Assembly: GCF_963921235.1 (NCBI RefSeq) | Contig: NC_086097.1 | Coordinates: forward strand, 86,678,001 to 86,742,000 | Reading direction: 5' to 3' | Length of the DNA stretch: 64,000 bases | DNA from: Mobula hypostoma | Lineage: Eukaryota | Shown: piece after piece, positions 13,685 to 27,381 of the stretch | Layout of the letters: every line of letters starts with the position of its first letter | Numbering within the stretch: position 1 is the first letter of the stretch | Translations under genes and position numbers: made by a program | The notes under the pieces: model-generated | Seen by the model: the letters and a program-made list of their open reading frames with translations, nothing else | Database searches by the model: none | Told to the model about the DNA's origin: nothing

Positions 13685-13989
13685 ATCTGGAAACAAGCTT
13701 CAACATTTAAATTGGTTTTACTGTGATAGGCCCTTTTCTATTAACTGTTTGTTCCTTCCACTTTATTATGTTGGTGCAAGATCCATTTTTCCTGGTGAAC
13801 AATAATTTTGTATGGGGCAGTATTTATACAGCATTCACCGTAGTTTCCGTTCTCTCAACAGAACATTTGAACTTTCTTACTTGGTTGAATCCGGATCATT
13901 GTTTGAAGGTGGCCTTCTCACCATTACCCATGCAATACTGAGTCACATGGCTGTTAGCTAGAGTTAACTAATGACCTAAGATTGACCTA

Positions 13990-16149
13990 GGATCTAAAAA
14001 GCGTGGATTGGGACAGGTTGTTCTCTGGCAAGGATGTGATCGGTAAGTGGGAAGCCTTTAAAGGAGAAATTTTGAGAGTGCAGAATTTGTATGTTCCTGT
14101 CAGGATTAAAGGCAAAGTGAATAGGAATAAGGAACCTTGGTTCTCAAGGGATATTGCAACTCTGATTAAGAAGAAGAGGGAGTTGTATGACATGTATAGG
14201 GAGCAGGGAGTAAATAAGGTGCTTGAGGAGTATAAGAAGTGCAAGAAAATACTTAAGAAAGAAATCAGGAGGGCTAAAAGAAGACATGAGGTTGCCTTGG
14301 CAGTCAAAGTGAAGGATAATCCAAAGAGCTTTTACAGGTATATTAAGAGCAAAAGGATTGTAAGGGATAAAATTGGTCCTCTTGAAGATCAGAGTGGTTG
14401 GCTATGTTCAGAACCAAAGGAAATGGGGGAGATCTTAAATAGGTTTTTTTGCGTCTGTATTTTCTAAGGAAACTGGCATGAAGTCTATGGAATTAAGGGA
14501 AACAAGTAGTGAGATCATGGAAATTGTACAGATTGAAAAGGAGGAGGTCCTTGCTGTCTTGAGGAAAATTAAAGTGGATAAGTCCCCGGGACCTGACAGG
14601 GTGTTCCCTCGGACCTTGAAGGAGACTAGTGTTGAACTTGCAGGGGCCCTGGCAGAAATATTTAAAATGTCGCTGTCTACAGGTGAGGTGCCGGAGGATT
14701 GGAGAGTGGCTCATGTTGTTCCGTTGTTTAAAAAAGGATCGGAAAGTAATCCGGGAAATTATAGGCCGGTAAGTTTAACATCGGTAGTAGGTAAATTATT
14801 GGAGGGAGTACTAAGAGACAGGATCTACAGGCATTTGGATAGACAGGGACTTATTAGTGAGAGTCAACTTGGCTTTATGCGTGGTAGGTCATGTTTGACC
14901 AATCTATTGGAGTTTTTCGAGGAGGTTACCAGGACAGTGGATGAAGGGAAGGCAGTGGATATTGTCTACATGGACTTCAGTAAGGCCTTTGACAACGTCC
15001 CGCATGGGAGGTTAGTTAGGAAAATTCAGTCGCTAGGTATACATGGAGAGGTGGTAAATTGGATTAGACATTGGCTCAATGGAAGAAGCCAAAGAGTGGT
15101 AGTAGAGAATTGCTTCTCCGAGTGGAGGCCTGTGACTAGTGGTGTGCCACAGGGATCAGTGCTGGGTCCGTTGTTATTTGTCATCTATATCAATGATCTG
15201 GATGATAATGTGGTAAATTGGATCAGCAAATTTGCTGATGATACAAAGATTGGATGTGTAGTAGACAGTGAGGAAGGTTTTCAGAGCCTGCAGAGGGACT
15301 TGGACCAGCTGAAAAAATGGGCTGAAAAATGGCAGATGGAGATTAATACAGACAAGTGTGTGGTATTGCATGTTAGAAGGATAAACCAAGGTAGAACATA
15401 CAGGGTTAATGGTAAGGCACTGAGGAGTGCAGTGGAACAGGGGGATCTGGGAATACCGATACAAAATTCCCTAAAAGTGGCGTCACAGGTAGATAGGGTC
15501 GTAAAGAGAGCTTTTGGTACATTGGCCTTTATTAATCAAAGTATTGAGTATAAGAGCTGGAATGTTATGATGAGGTTGTATAAGGCATTGGTGAGGCCGA
15601 ATCTGGAGTATTGTGTTCAGTTTTGGTCACCAAATTACAGGAAGGATATAAATAGGATTGAAAGAGTGCAGAGAAGGTTTACCAGGATGTTGCCCGGACT
15701 TGAGAAACTCAGTTACAGAGAAAGGTTGAATAGGTTTGGACTTTATTCCCCGGAGCGTAGAAGAATGAGGGGAGATTTGATAGAGGTGTATAAAATTATG
15801 ATGGGTATTGATAGAGTGAATGCAAGCAGGCTTTTTCCACTGAGGCAAGGGGAGAAAAAAAACCAGAGGACATGGGTTAAGGGTGAGGGGAGAAAAGTTT
15901 AAAGGGAACATTAGGGGGGGCTTCTTCACACAGAGAGTGGTGGGAGTATGGAATGAGCTGCCAGACGAGGTGGTAAATGCGGGTTCTTTTTTAACATTTA
16001 AGAATAAATTGGACAGATACATGGATGGGAGGTGTATGGAGGGATATGGTCCGTGTGCAGGTCAGTGGGACTAGGCAGAAAATGGTTCGGCACAGCCAAG
16101 AAGGGCCAAAAGGCCTGTTTCTGTGCTGCAGTTTCTATGGTTTCTATGG
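13990..16149 (+). mobile_element. CR1 LINE, 5'-truncated (RT region)
   Basis: ORFs 14003-14467 and 14478-15902 (PQGSVLGP, KFADD), frameshifts in T and A homopolymers, and a (TTTCTATGG)2 tail. Confidence 0.95.
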
Positions 16150-16869
16150 ACCCTGGTTTATTGTGAGCCATGGAGAGAGGGTTACATGTATATGGTGACA
16201 TTGACTTTACTTTGAGCGGGCATCACCTGGGTGGTGGGAATCTTCGATGATGGATCCTACTTTCTTGTGGCAGTGCTTCTTGTAGACTTGCTTAGTGGGG
16301 AGAGCTTTTCCTGCAGATTGGGGAAGGCTGAATGAGATTTTGGGGACACACACCCACAAGTGCCTTTATAAAGTCTGTGACAATTGTGGTATATTCATTC
16401 AGGCCGAGTCCACAAACTCGAAGCAATCCTGTAGCCACTCCTCTGCCTCCCACAACCTCTGGTCTTTACTGGTGCCTTGTTCTTTGATCATCCGGCTGTC
16501 GTCCTCCTACCTCCATACAGGAGGGCAGCTAGATATCCCAAAATGTGGTCTAGGTTTGGAACATTAGGCGTCGTTTATGGATGTTTAGCAGTGGTTTAAT
16601 TCCATTAAGTTATATACAGCTGTGGAACTCAGCTAAGCAATAGTTATTGAACAACGGTTTTTCTTTTTAGCTAAAATATCAAACTGGCTGAGAATTTTGG
16701 CAGTATGTTGATTAATAAGCGGTTATTTATACAACACATACCATTGGTAATCATTCTGAATTTTTTAATATGGTGATAGTGAAATAAAGAAATTAAGTAA
16801 AATGCTACATCTCTAGAACAAGGAAGTATTTGCGTTGCTACTATAATTCAAGCCGCTGAATGCACCCCC

Positions 16870-17581
16870 AAAGTTTATTAATCACATCCACTTTAAAACA
16901 TACTGTAAAATGCATCATTTTTATTGCAACCAACCTACACGAGGGTCTGCTGGGGGAAGCCTGGAAGTGTTGCCACACATCCCTGTATAGCCTGCCCTCA
17001 ATGCTGTGCAGAACAATACAGAACACAAAACAAGCAACAAAACAACAATTGCAAAACAAGCCCCATTCCTCCCTCCCATCCATACACACAGTCCTCTAAT
17101 CCCAAGACAGTCTCTATTCTACAACCTCGAACAGATCAGATTCAGACTTTGATTCAGCCATAGACGGGGAGATATTGGGCCTTTGAGTACCTCAATGGAC
17201 TTAGAGATTTGCAGACCCCAGCCAAGGTCCTTGACTCCTGGACTTGACCGTCTTGCCTCAACGTTCAGCCTTGACCACAAGACCTGCCAGTTGGAGCACC
17301 AGGTCTCGAACTCTAGCATCGCCCATGTGGGACCTCGCATATTAGGCCCTGAACTTTAGCCTCACAGATTCACCAACCCAGGGACTCATCGAACAACTCA
17401 CTGACCCTGGTGGTCCACACATGTCTCATGTCTGATTCACTGCCCTTTAACTTGCAAGCCTGTCCTCCAATGTCCCTTGAACCTTAACCTGATCCCCAAC
17501 TCCCTCCCTCTGTACCCAAAAACATCCCCACAAATCCAAAAAACACTAAAGAAAACTGAAATTGAGCCCAGTGCCATCTTG
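16870..17581 (-). mobile_element. Non-autonomous retroposon with Rex1-like termini
   Basis: The minus strand begins CAAGATGGC and ends with an AATAAAC tail. Homologous to 62270-63025. No real coding capacity. Confidence 0.55.
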
Positions 17582-17735
17582 AGTAAATTAGAACCAAGTC
17601 AAAATTGGATTTATTTAGAAATATGTTAAGTAATTTTAGACATTGTTATGGAAGATGTTGTATACTTGAAATACAAAAGGTGACTTTGAAACAGTTTTGC
17701 TCAAAGTTCCATACTCCTAGATGATTTTCATTGAC

Positions 17736-17870
17736 ACAACCACAAGGAAATCTGCAGATGCTGGAAATTCACGCAACACACACAAAAAGTGCTGGTGAAT
17801 GCAGCAGGCCAGGCAGCATCTATAGGAAGAGGTACAGTCGACGTTTCAGGCCGAGACCCTTCGTCAGGAC
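17736..17870 (-). mobile_element. 135-bp Penelope-like element terminus (pseudo-LTR) with TSD
   Basis: Matches the end of the Penelope at 55417-55546. 10-bp TSD TTTCATTGAC at 17726-17735 and 17871-17880. Confidence 0.85.
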
Positions 17871-17871
17871 T
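17836..17871 (-). ncRNA. Minimal type I hammerhead ribozyme motif (Penelope-associated)
   Basis: The minus strand reads AGUC-CUGACGA-AGG(GUCUCGG)CCU-GAAAC-GUC-GACU: helix I, conserved core, helix II, and palindromic ACGU in place of helix III. Confidence 0.75.
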
Positions 17872-18115
17872 TTCATTGACTTAGTTTTGGGTCTGTTGCA
17901 GACTATTTCAAGACATTGATTTCTTTGTTTAGTTGCAAGTTCTTTTATCATGGCAAAATAAAACTGCCAGGATGATTGAAAAGTAAACCTTGATCCTTTT
18001 GTCCTGCGATTCATTTGATCCTAACCAAAGAGAGTCATATTACAATTTACTTCGTACGAAATTAAGCAATTTATGCAGGAAAAGTTTAGCTAAGGTTCCA
18101 GTATTAGCACAAGCA

Positions 18116-18383
18116 ATGATTTCAGATATTTCACAGGCATTGTTTTGGTTTGTTGTTTGGCTTCTTTTCAATTTTCTGATTAAATATTCTGGCAGATATA
18201 TTCCAATTAATATTTTGCATATAAACCTATCATTACAACAGCAAGTTCATGATTTCAGATATTTCACAGGCATTGTTTGTGTTTGTTGTTTGGCTTCTTT
18301 TCAATTTTCTGATTAAATATTCTGGCAGATATATACCAATTAATATTTTGCATATAAACCTATCATTACAACAGCAAGTTCAT
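18116..18383. repeat. Tandem duplication, 2 x 133 bp
   Basis: ATGATTTCAGATATTTCACAGG... starts at both 18116 and 18249. The copies are nearly identical. Confidence 0.95.
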
Positions 18384-19924
18384 TTTTCTCTTAAGCTGTT
18401 TGTCAAAAATATCTTTGACAAGATGGCACCAGTGAACCATGGTGACATTCTGCCGGATATGTGCCATAATTTTAAATTTGCAAGAAAATGAATCTGTGTT
18501 GTATATGGTGACACATGTACTTTGACAATAAATTGAATTTAGAAGACTATCGATTTGTGTTTGTTGTATGTTAACCTTCAAGTGGCTATCAAAGAAGTTA
18601 AGCTTGTTGTGCCCCCATCCATCTCATGTGCCATGATCTTTCTTGGTGATGTTCTTCCTTTTGTTCACAGTCAAGCTGATCTATTTATAGCATTTACCTC
18701 CAGGTCGCTCTAGTTGATCAGATTAATGGTGAGAGGTTTGGCTGGCTAGTAACCCTCACTGATCTGTTAATCTCCAGTACATTCTGCTCAATTGAATTGT
18801 TGCTTACTCCTCAATTGAGTGATCCAGAGCCCTTACCTTTGTCATGTATTCTTGCTGTTTATGACATTTTGCATAAGTAGATTGTCTGTTTTTGACTAAA
18901 ATATAACTTTGTGGCGATTGCCAGTCTACCTGCTTGGTTTTATGCTTTTCTCCCTGTGGCTCACCCTATACTATTGCTCTCCATTTTCACCTACACTCTT
19001 ACTGATGCTTTAATTTCTGACTCTGGAGAAGTTAACTAGGTCATTCATATGCATTTTTTTGAAAGTCATATGCAACAGCCACAAAAAATGTAACGGTAAA
19101 TTCTGCTTCTTTGCCACAGAATGTCAGCAAGGACTAAATCAGTGTTTGTAAGCAGACAGAATTTCTTATCTTTCAGGATTTTGTTTTTTTTTAAAGCCCG
19201 AAACAACAACATAAAGTTTAAAATCCCAGAGCAAATTGCCAGATATTTAAGAAAAAAAGTGATTTCTTAGTCATCCTCTGGTGACCAAAGCTGTTATGAG
19301 ATGCAAGCAATTTTTTGGTGTGAGGTGATTGCCTCATTTTAGTGCTACATTGTGAAATCTCTTCACTGTTATCTCTGACAATTTGAACTGGGAGGATTGA
19401 ATGAAAAGGGTAGGAATTGAGCTCAGTTAGGATTTCAAGAGTGAAAGATGAAAATGTCAAGCAATAGATGCAAGAGGGCAAGTTATTGCTGGCTAGTTTC
19501 TTGTTGCAACTAAGCTAAATACAACTTAAATACAATTTCATTTTCTTTCTTACAAAAGTTTAGAGAATAGTTTAAGGGAAGGGCAGGAGGTTCAAAGGGG
19601 ATAGGAGGGATAAATTTTCCAAACAGTGTAGCTAGCGTCTGTAATGACTTGACAAGAGGTAGTAAAGGCAGGCATTTAGACAGATATACTTGATTGAGCA
19701 AGACAAGAGATGGAATTAATGCAGGCAAGTGGAATTATTATAGATAGGCATGATCATTGACAGAGGCAGTGGGCCAAATGCTCCTCTGCTGTGTAACTTT
19801 GACTATTTCATGCTTTCATTTTATGAATTTATGAATTCATTTTATGAATTGTATGCTTAGTTTAATTATCCTTATGTTTTGTTTCTCAGAGGCTTTTTTT
19901 AAATATACGTCAGCTCAGTCCATT

Positions 19925-21525
19925 TAGAGTCATGAAGTACAACACAGAAACAGGCCCTTTGACCCATCTAGTCCATGTCCAAACTATTTAAACTGCCTAC
20001 TCCTATCAACCTGCACCAGGACCATAGCTATCTATACCTCTTTCATCTGTGTACCTATCCAAACTTAAATGTTGAAATAGAGCTTGCATGCACCACTTGT
20101 GCTGGTAGCTCATTTACCCTCTGAGTGAAGAAGTTTCCCCTTGTGTTCCCCTTAAACTTCTCACCTTTCACCCTTAACCCACAACCTCTGGTTGTAGTCC
20201 TAGCTAGCTTCAGAGGAAAAAGCCTGCATTTCCCCTATCTATACCCCTCAATTTTGTATATCTCTATCAAATCTCCTCAATCGTCAACATTCTAAAGAAT
20301 ACAGTTCTAACCTTTGTCTTTCCTTACAGCTCAGGTCATTCATACCTGGTAACATCCTTGTAAATTTTCTTGTATTCTTTCAACATTGTTTACATCTTCC
20401 CTGTAGGTAGGTGACCAAGATAGCACACAATACTCAAAATTAGGCCTCACCATCTTATACAACTTCAACATAATATCCCATCTCAATGTACTCAGTACAT
20501 TGATACATGAAGGCCAATGTGCTAAACGCTTTCTTTATGATCCTATTTACCTCTGACACCACTTTCAAAGAATTATGGACCTGCATTCCAAGATCCCTTC
20601 TCAGTGCCCTAGTGTTCACTGTGTAAGACCTAACCTGGTTGGTCCTGAAGTGCAAAATCTCACTTACCTGCATTAAATTCTGCCATTTTCTAGCCCATTT
20701 TTCAGCTGATGCAGATCTCTCTGCAAGCTATGCTAGCCTTCCTTACTATCCACTACATTCCAAATCCAGTTAACCACATTATCATCCAGCTCATCGATAT
20801 AGATGATAACAAAGGACCCAGCACCAATCTCTGTGGCATTCCACTGGTCACAGGCCACCTGTCAGAGGCAATCCTTTACTACCACTCTGGCTTCTCCCAC
20901 AAAACCAATATTTAATCCAACTTACTACTTCATTCGGAATGCTGAATGACTGAACCTTCTTGACCAACCTCATGTAGGACCTTGTCAAGTGCCTTTCTAA
21001 AGTTCATGCAGACAACATCCACTACCTTGCCTTCATCCAGTTTCCTGGTAATTTCCTTGAAAAACTCTGTTAGACAGATTGGTTAGACATGACCTACCAC
21101 TCACTTCTATGTTTTTCTGTATTTTATGGCTATCTGGAGAAGACAAATCTCAGTTGTATTCTGGATTTATACTTTGATCATAAAAAAATGAATCTTTGAA
21201 CTTTCCCACAACTGATGGGAGGCTCACTGGCCTATAATTTCTTGGTTTATGTTTGGAGCGTTTTTCTAAACAGAAGAACATTGCCTATCCTCCAATGCTC
21301 TGGTACTTCTGTCTCTAAAGATATTTTAAATATTTTGGCTAGGGCCCCAGCAATTTCTGCATGTGCCTCCCATAGAGTCTGAGGGAACACCTTGTCAGGT
21401 CCTGGGGATTTATCTACCCTGATTTTCCCCAGAGTGGCAAACACTTCCTCCTTTCCCATGAAGTTGTTGCCACTTTGCTTCACTTCTGTGGACTGTCTGT
21501 CTCCTGAGTGAATATAGATGCAAAT
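19925..21525 (-). mobile_element. Degenerate CR1 LINE
   Basis: The minus strand encodes IRVDKSPGPDKVFP and HNSLKVVSEVNRIIKKAF, with a CR1 3' UTR near 19930-20050. Confidence 0.85.
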
Positions 21526-21972
21526 ATTGTCCAATAGATATATAAAATGGTAGATTGTATTTGTTTACAAATCATTTAGTAGTAAGAATAAATATTAACC
21601 AATAATCTAGAAAATGAATAGACTTTTCACTATAATGAATGTTTTTGCAGGCAGTCTCCAGAATTGATCTCTGGTCATTAGAACATCTGTTTTAGAATGG
21701 CCCTTATTGAGGTTAATTCTGAATTGTAGTAGAACCTTGTTTTCACACTCCCAACATAGAATAAGCGCAGGAGTACAATGAGCAAAAGGATGATTCATTA
21801 GTTTCTTATTTCTTTGGTGCAAATGATTGAATCAAGTCACCAGTGTGATAGGCAGGAAGAAGAATGGGAGAGAATAATGTTGACTGTTTATTTCTGTCCA
21901 CAGTTGCTGCTTGACCTGTTCCAACAGCATTTTCTGTTCATTGCTCTGAATAATTTTACAGTTCGTTTCTAG

Positions 21973-22371
<399 letters not shown>

Positions 22372-24869
22372 TGAGTGAGTGACAAAGTGTGTGCCTGATG
22401 CCAGTCATTCAAAAATGCTGCTTTTTAATTACACCCTGTTGTTTGCAGTAACTATTTTCCTTTGGCTCCTGATAATCTTAGGAGTAGGTGGTCAGCTGAC
22501 TCATTAAAATTGAGAAATTGCTGAAAATAAGTTTGGTACACGTTGACTGAAATGTTGATTGTCCAGCGGCTTCTTACCTTTCTTTTACAAGGGGTCCAGT
22601 AATGATTCAGTGTAAAGATCTCTACTAATAACTTGATTGTTTATACACCAAATAGGTTCGAATAATTTATTAATACCAGGTCTACGACTTCATGAGACTT
22701 GATCTTCAAATCATTTATATATTAATGTTCTGTATTCCAAAGTATATTTGTGACCCATAATTTGACAGTGAATGCTAAAAAGAAATTAGTGAATCTTTTA
22801 AATGGTTTTAAAACAGGAGTTTTTAAAGCAATTAAAGCTATGAGGATGATCTCAAGTTAGTTTGAGGTAAATTAAGAGTCGCGCATGTGATGGATAACCT
22901 GTCAACTTTCTGTATTGTCATCGTAGACTACAATTTTGTTGACCAAGGGCTTCAGCAGTGATTGTCCATTCTCCGCAGCAACAAAATACATGTTGATTTT
23001 CTCAATAATTGATTAGTGGTTACCTTTTGATAAATAAACTTTGTTGATATTATATAGCTTGGTCTGTTGTATAGATGCAAGTTCACGTGGTGAGGAAAAA
23101 ATGATGTCCATTTCCTACAGATGTCCTTGAGCATCTCACACATTAAGTTCATTTTGGTGTTTAGCTAATGTATTTAACAGGCAGAAGGACACATTGTTTG
23201 CTGGATAGTTAGGCTTACATAGTCAGTGGCATTTGTTGACAGATGCCTGTTAGTCAGGATAAGAACTATTCACCATTTCAAATAATGCCAGGGATCTAAG
23301 TTAAAATGCAACTAAGCAAACTTTCGATCATTATTTGAACAATTTAAGGGAGATGTGGCAAATGCATAAAGCAAAACAAATTAAAATTTTGATTTAAAAA
23401 ACTCCTTTAAAAAAATATAGGTTGGATAAGTGTTGATTTAAAACTACGATTAAAAGACACCGGTAAAGAGTTGTTGAGAGAATATTGTCTTGGACAGCTG
23501 GGTTCACAAGATGACTTTGAACTGAGAATCAGTATGATTTATTGTCAGCTATTAACTCGATAAACCTCCATAATGAATTCTGTTTAGCTTTGGTGCAAGA
23601 ATTATAATGAAATCTTTCAGTACAGCAGTTTCCTTTTGTTATCTTTCTGTATTATAATTAGGTAAAGCCAGTGTAAAGTTAATTTACTTTCCTTGGAGTG
23701 ATCAAATTTGTGTTGGTTTATGTTCTTAAAATAATTGCAAGAAGTTACCTTACTGGGTTTTGATGTTGTTTGTCTTCAATCCCATATATAGCGAGTTATC
23801 TTCGACTTGGAAGGTTTTTCAAGTGTATAAAGATTTGAATTCTTGAATAAGACCTAAATCAATTAGTACATTTAAGGGGAAATTAAATAACTATTCCAAA
23901 TTGAAATACTTTCTATGATGACATACAAAGTGCCTCACATTCAGTGAATTGCATTTGAAAGATTCCCACCTGGCAGTTTATGTTTATATATCATGGTCCC
24001 CTCCTACAAATAAATGAAACAAATGATCTGCTTTTAATTTGGTTCAAGACACTGGGTGTACTCTTAGCTCTCTAAGCAGTGCCAAAGAACATTCTCATTT
24101 ACTTTGATCTGTCAGCCAGAAAACGTTTTGCATTATGGCAAGAGCAGGAAGGTGCAATTGGAACAGATAGTTTCGCAGTGAAAGCAAGAGTACCCTCAAG
24201 GAGATGTGTTATAACATTTCCACCTTTCCATGAAATGGGAGAATAGTTGTAGCACAATTTTGACTGTAAGCAAAACAATGCCCTGTTATTTAATGTGGAT
24301 TCTGGCTGATTTGGCTTATGTCTATTCAGTAGTGTATGAGATTGGAGGGCACGTGTTCTGATATTAGTACCTATATTGGTCCTTTTAGGAAAATCAGTGG
24401 TACTGTATTAGTTTGTGTCTTATGCTCTGCCATTGTTTGTGAACAGTAACAGATTTTGGTCTGCAAAATCTGTCTTAGATCACACTGTTGGTCTTAATAA
24501 CAATTTCGTGTTAACCACTACCAAGGCATTTTATATGATCAATAGAAATATTTGAGGATCACAATTCATGGACATTCATCAAATTATAGTTGCTTCGATC
24601 TATAAAATGCTCTGATAATTGAAACTTTCAACAGTTCTCCAGACTTACCAGTGATCGACAGTAGCAATGCTCAAATTTTATCTCAGATATTAGATATTCT
24701 TTTTTTTAAGATTAAAGTATAATGCGTCTCTTTTGTATCTGAGTCCAGGAGTTAACATTCTGCCCAAGGTGGTGAAATGTTTTAGTTTAGTTTATATTTT
24801 GGGGAATTCAGTGGTGTAGTTCTAGTTTTTTATTATTAAACTGTACTTGCCATAAAGAGTAGGATCACA

Positions 24870-27381
24870 CAAGGGGCTTTCCTTGACTATCAACACTGCC
24901 CTCACTTGCCTGCTTATATTAGTGAGACCTGATGTAGGTTGAGAGACCATTTTGATGAGCATCTATCCTCCATCCACCAGAAAAGGTGGGGTCTCCTGGT
25001 GACCACCCATTTCAATCCTACTTCCCATTCCGGCACAGCATTCCACGGCCTCCCCTTCTGCTATGATGAGGCCATTCAGGTTGGAGGAGCAACAGCTTGT
25101 ATTCCATCTGGGTAGCCTCCAACATGATGGTACGAACATCAATTTCTCGAACTTCCAGTAATTGTCCCTCTCTTCCTTCATTCCCCATTCTCGTTTCCCT
25201 CTCACCTTCTCTCCACACCTGCCCATCACCTCCCTCTGGTGTTCCTCCTACTTCCCTTTCTTCCATGGTTTTCTACCCTCTCCTATCAAATCCCCTTCTC
25301 TAGCCCTTCATCTTTCACCAATCAGCTTCCCAGCTCTACTTCATCCCCTCCTCCACATCTGGTTTCACCTATCACCTGCCACCTTGTAATACTTCCTCTC
25401 CTCCACCCACCGTACTCTGACTTATCGTTTTCCAGTCCTGATGAAGGATCTCCACCACTAGGGGAAAGGCAATTCTCAATGGTAGACTCATTTTCACTAT
25501 GGATGCCTTAGGAAGGCCTCAAAACTCTCTGCTTCTTTCTGGACAGCAGATCCAACCAGTTCCCCTCCATCACCACTCCTCTGTCTGGCAGAAGTGGTCA
25601 TCACCCAGTTTCTCCTTTGGTTTCTCCCACTTTCTTCAAAAGGTGTAGCCATGGGCACCAGCTATGTCTGCCTTTTCGTCAACTACATGGAATTCTGTTT
25701 CAAGCCTATACTGTGTACATACATCTACTGATGCCTCTGGACACATTTTCAGTGATGTTCCTGGAATCAGAGTGTTTCAGGTCTTTCAACATCATACTCT
25801 CCTCCAGGTGACCCAGCTGAGGCTGATCAGACCCGAGCTTGTGTCCAGATGGCTAGCTACTTATGACTCCATGGCTCCCCCCTTTGGAGCCACAGCCATT
25901 TTGAGGCCCTCTCTGCTGCATCGATGGTACTGCAGATGGCTTTCCTCTTCCTCTCTCCCTCGATGCCCAAATTGCTGAAGGCTCTGGCTAAAGAACGGGC
26001 TGCGAATCCCCTACATCCAACCAGTATCACTCTCCAACTTTCCCACTCTACATTGATGACTGCATTGGTGCTGCATCCTGCACCCATGCGGAACTCATAG
26101 ACTTCAACTTTGCCTTCAACTTCCACCCTATCCTCAAACTTACCTGGTCTATTTCTGATAGCTCCCTTCCCTTTCTCAATCTGTATCACTAGAGGAATTT
26201 TATCCACTGATTCTCACAGCTACCTGGACTATATCTCTTCCCACCCTGCACTTGTAAAAATGCCGTACCCTTCTCTGAATTTCTCTGTCTCTGCCACATC
26301 TGCTCTCAGGATGAGGCTTTTCATTTCAGAACTAATGAGATTCTCCTTCAAAGAAAAGGGCTTACCTTCCTCCACCATCAACACTGTCCTCACCTGCGTC
26401 TATTCCATTTCACGCAAGTCTGTCCTCACCACATCCACCCACCACTCCACTAGGGATAGGGTTCCTCTTGTCCTCACCCATCAGCTTCTGCGTCCAGCAC
26501 ACAATTCTTTGAAATTTCTACCATCTCCAACTGGATCCCACCACAAAGTACACCTTTCCCTCGCCCCTACTTTCCACAGGGATTGTTCCCTATGCAACTC
26601 CCTTGTCCATTCATCCTCCCTACTGATCTCTCTCCTGGCACTTAATCCTTGCAAGAGGAATATGTGCCACACCTGTCCCCACACCACCTCCCTCACCACC
26701 ATTCATGGCCCCAAACAGTCCATCCAGTTGAGGTGATACTTCACCTGAGAGTCTGTTGAGGTCATCTACTGTATCTGGTAGGTGCTTCCTGTGTGGCCTC
26801 CTGTGTATCGATGAGACCAGATACAGATTCGGAGACTGCTTTACTGAGCACCTGCCGACCAGAAAAAACAGGAAAATCCATTTCAATTCTGCTTCCTAAT
26901 CCGACATGTCAATCCATGTCGTCCTATGTCCTCCTCTACTGCTGCAATGAGAACACTCAGGTTGGAGGAGCAACATGTTTTCCATCTGGGTAGCCTCCAA
27001 CATGACTGCATGAACATCAATTTCTTTAACCTGGTAATTGCACCCCCCCCCCCCCACCATTCCCCTCTCTCCTCATCTTCTTACCTGCCTACCACCTCCC
27101 TCTGCTGCTGTTAGCCCCTTCCTTTTCTTACGTGGCCTTCCGTCCCCTCCTATCAGCCATGTACCTTTCACTAATCATCTTCCTAGCTCTACTTCACCCC
27201 TCCCCAATTTCACCTATCACCTACTATTTTGTACTACTTCTTCCTCTCCCCGCACCTTCTCACTCTGACTTCTAATTTATTTCTTCCAGTTCCTGAAGGG
27301 TCTCAGCCTGAAACCTTAACTGTTTACCCTTTTCCATAGATGCTGCTTGGCCTGCTGAGTTCCTCCAACATTTTGTGTGTA
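24870..27381 (+). mobile_element. Old degenerate Penelope-like element in partial tandem (3' part followed by RT-GIY-YIG-pLTR)
   Basis: Homologous to 54192-55546 (TDSHSYLDY, RDRVPLVLT, RLEEQH.FHLGSLQ). The 3' region is present twice (~24920-25450 and ~26730-27381). Confidence 0.8.

Larger units (their letters stand above)
10776..16186. mobile_element. Solo LTR (~0.9 kb net) interrupted by a hAT and a CR1
   Basis: Ends TGCAATGCCCT ... AGGGTTACA (TG..CA, imperfect inverted ends). 4-bp TSD TGTA at 10772-10775 and 16187-16190. Confidence 0.65.
8285..16214 (+). mobile_element. Rex1/Babar LINE fragment split by later insertions (pieces ~8285-8712, 9036-9535, 10590-10707, 16191-16214)
   Basis: [31 protein letters not shown]. 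The 3' UTR ...GAATCTCAAGGTTATA resumes as TATGGTGACAT...TACTTTGA after 16190. Confidence 0.75.
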
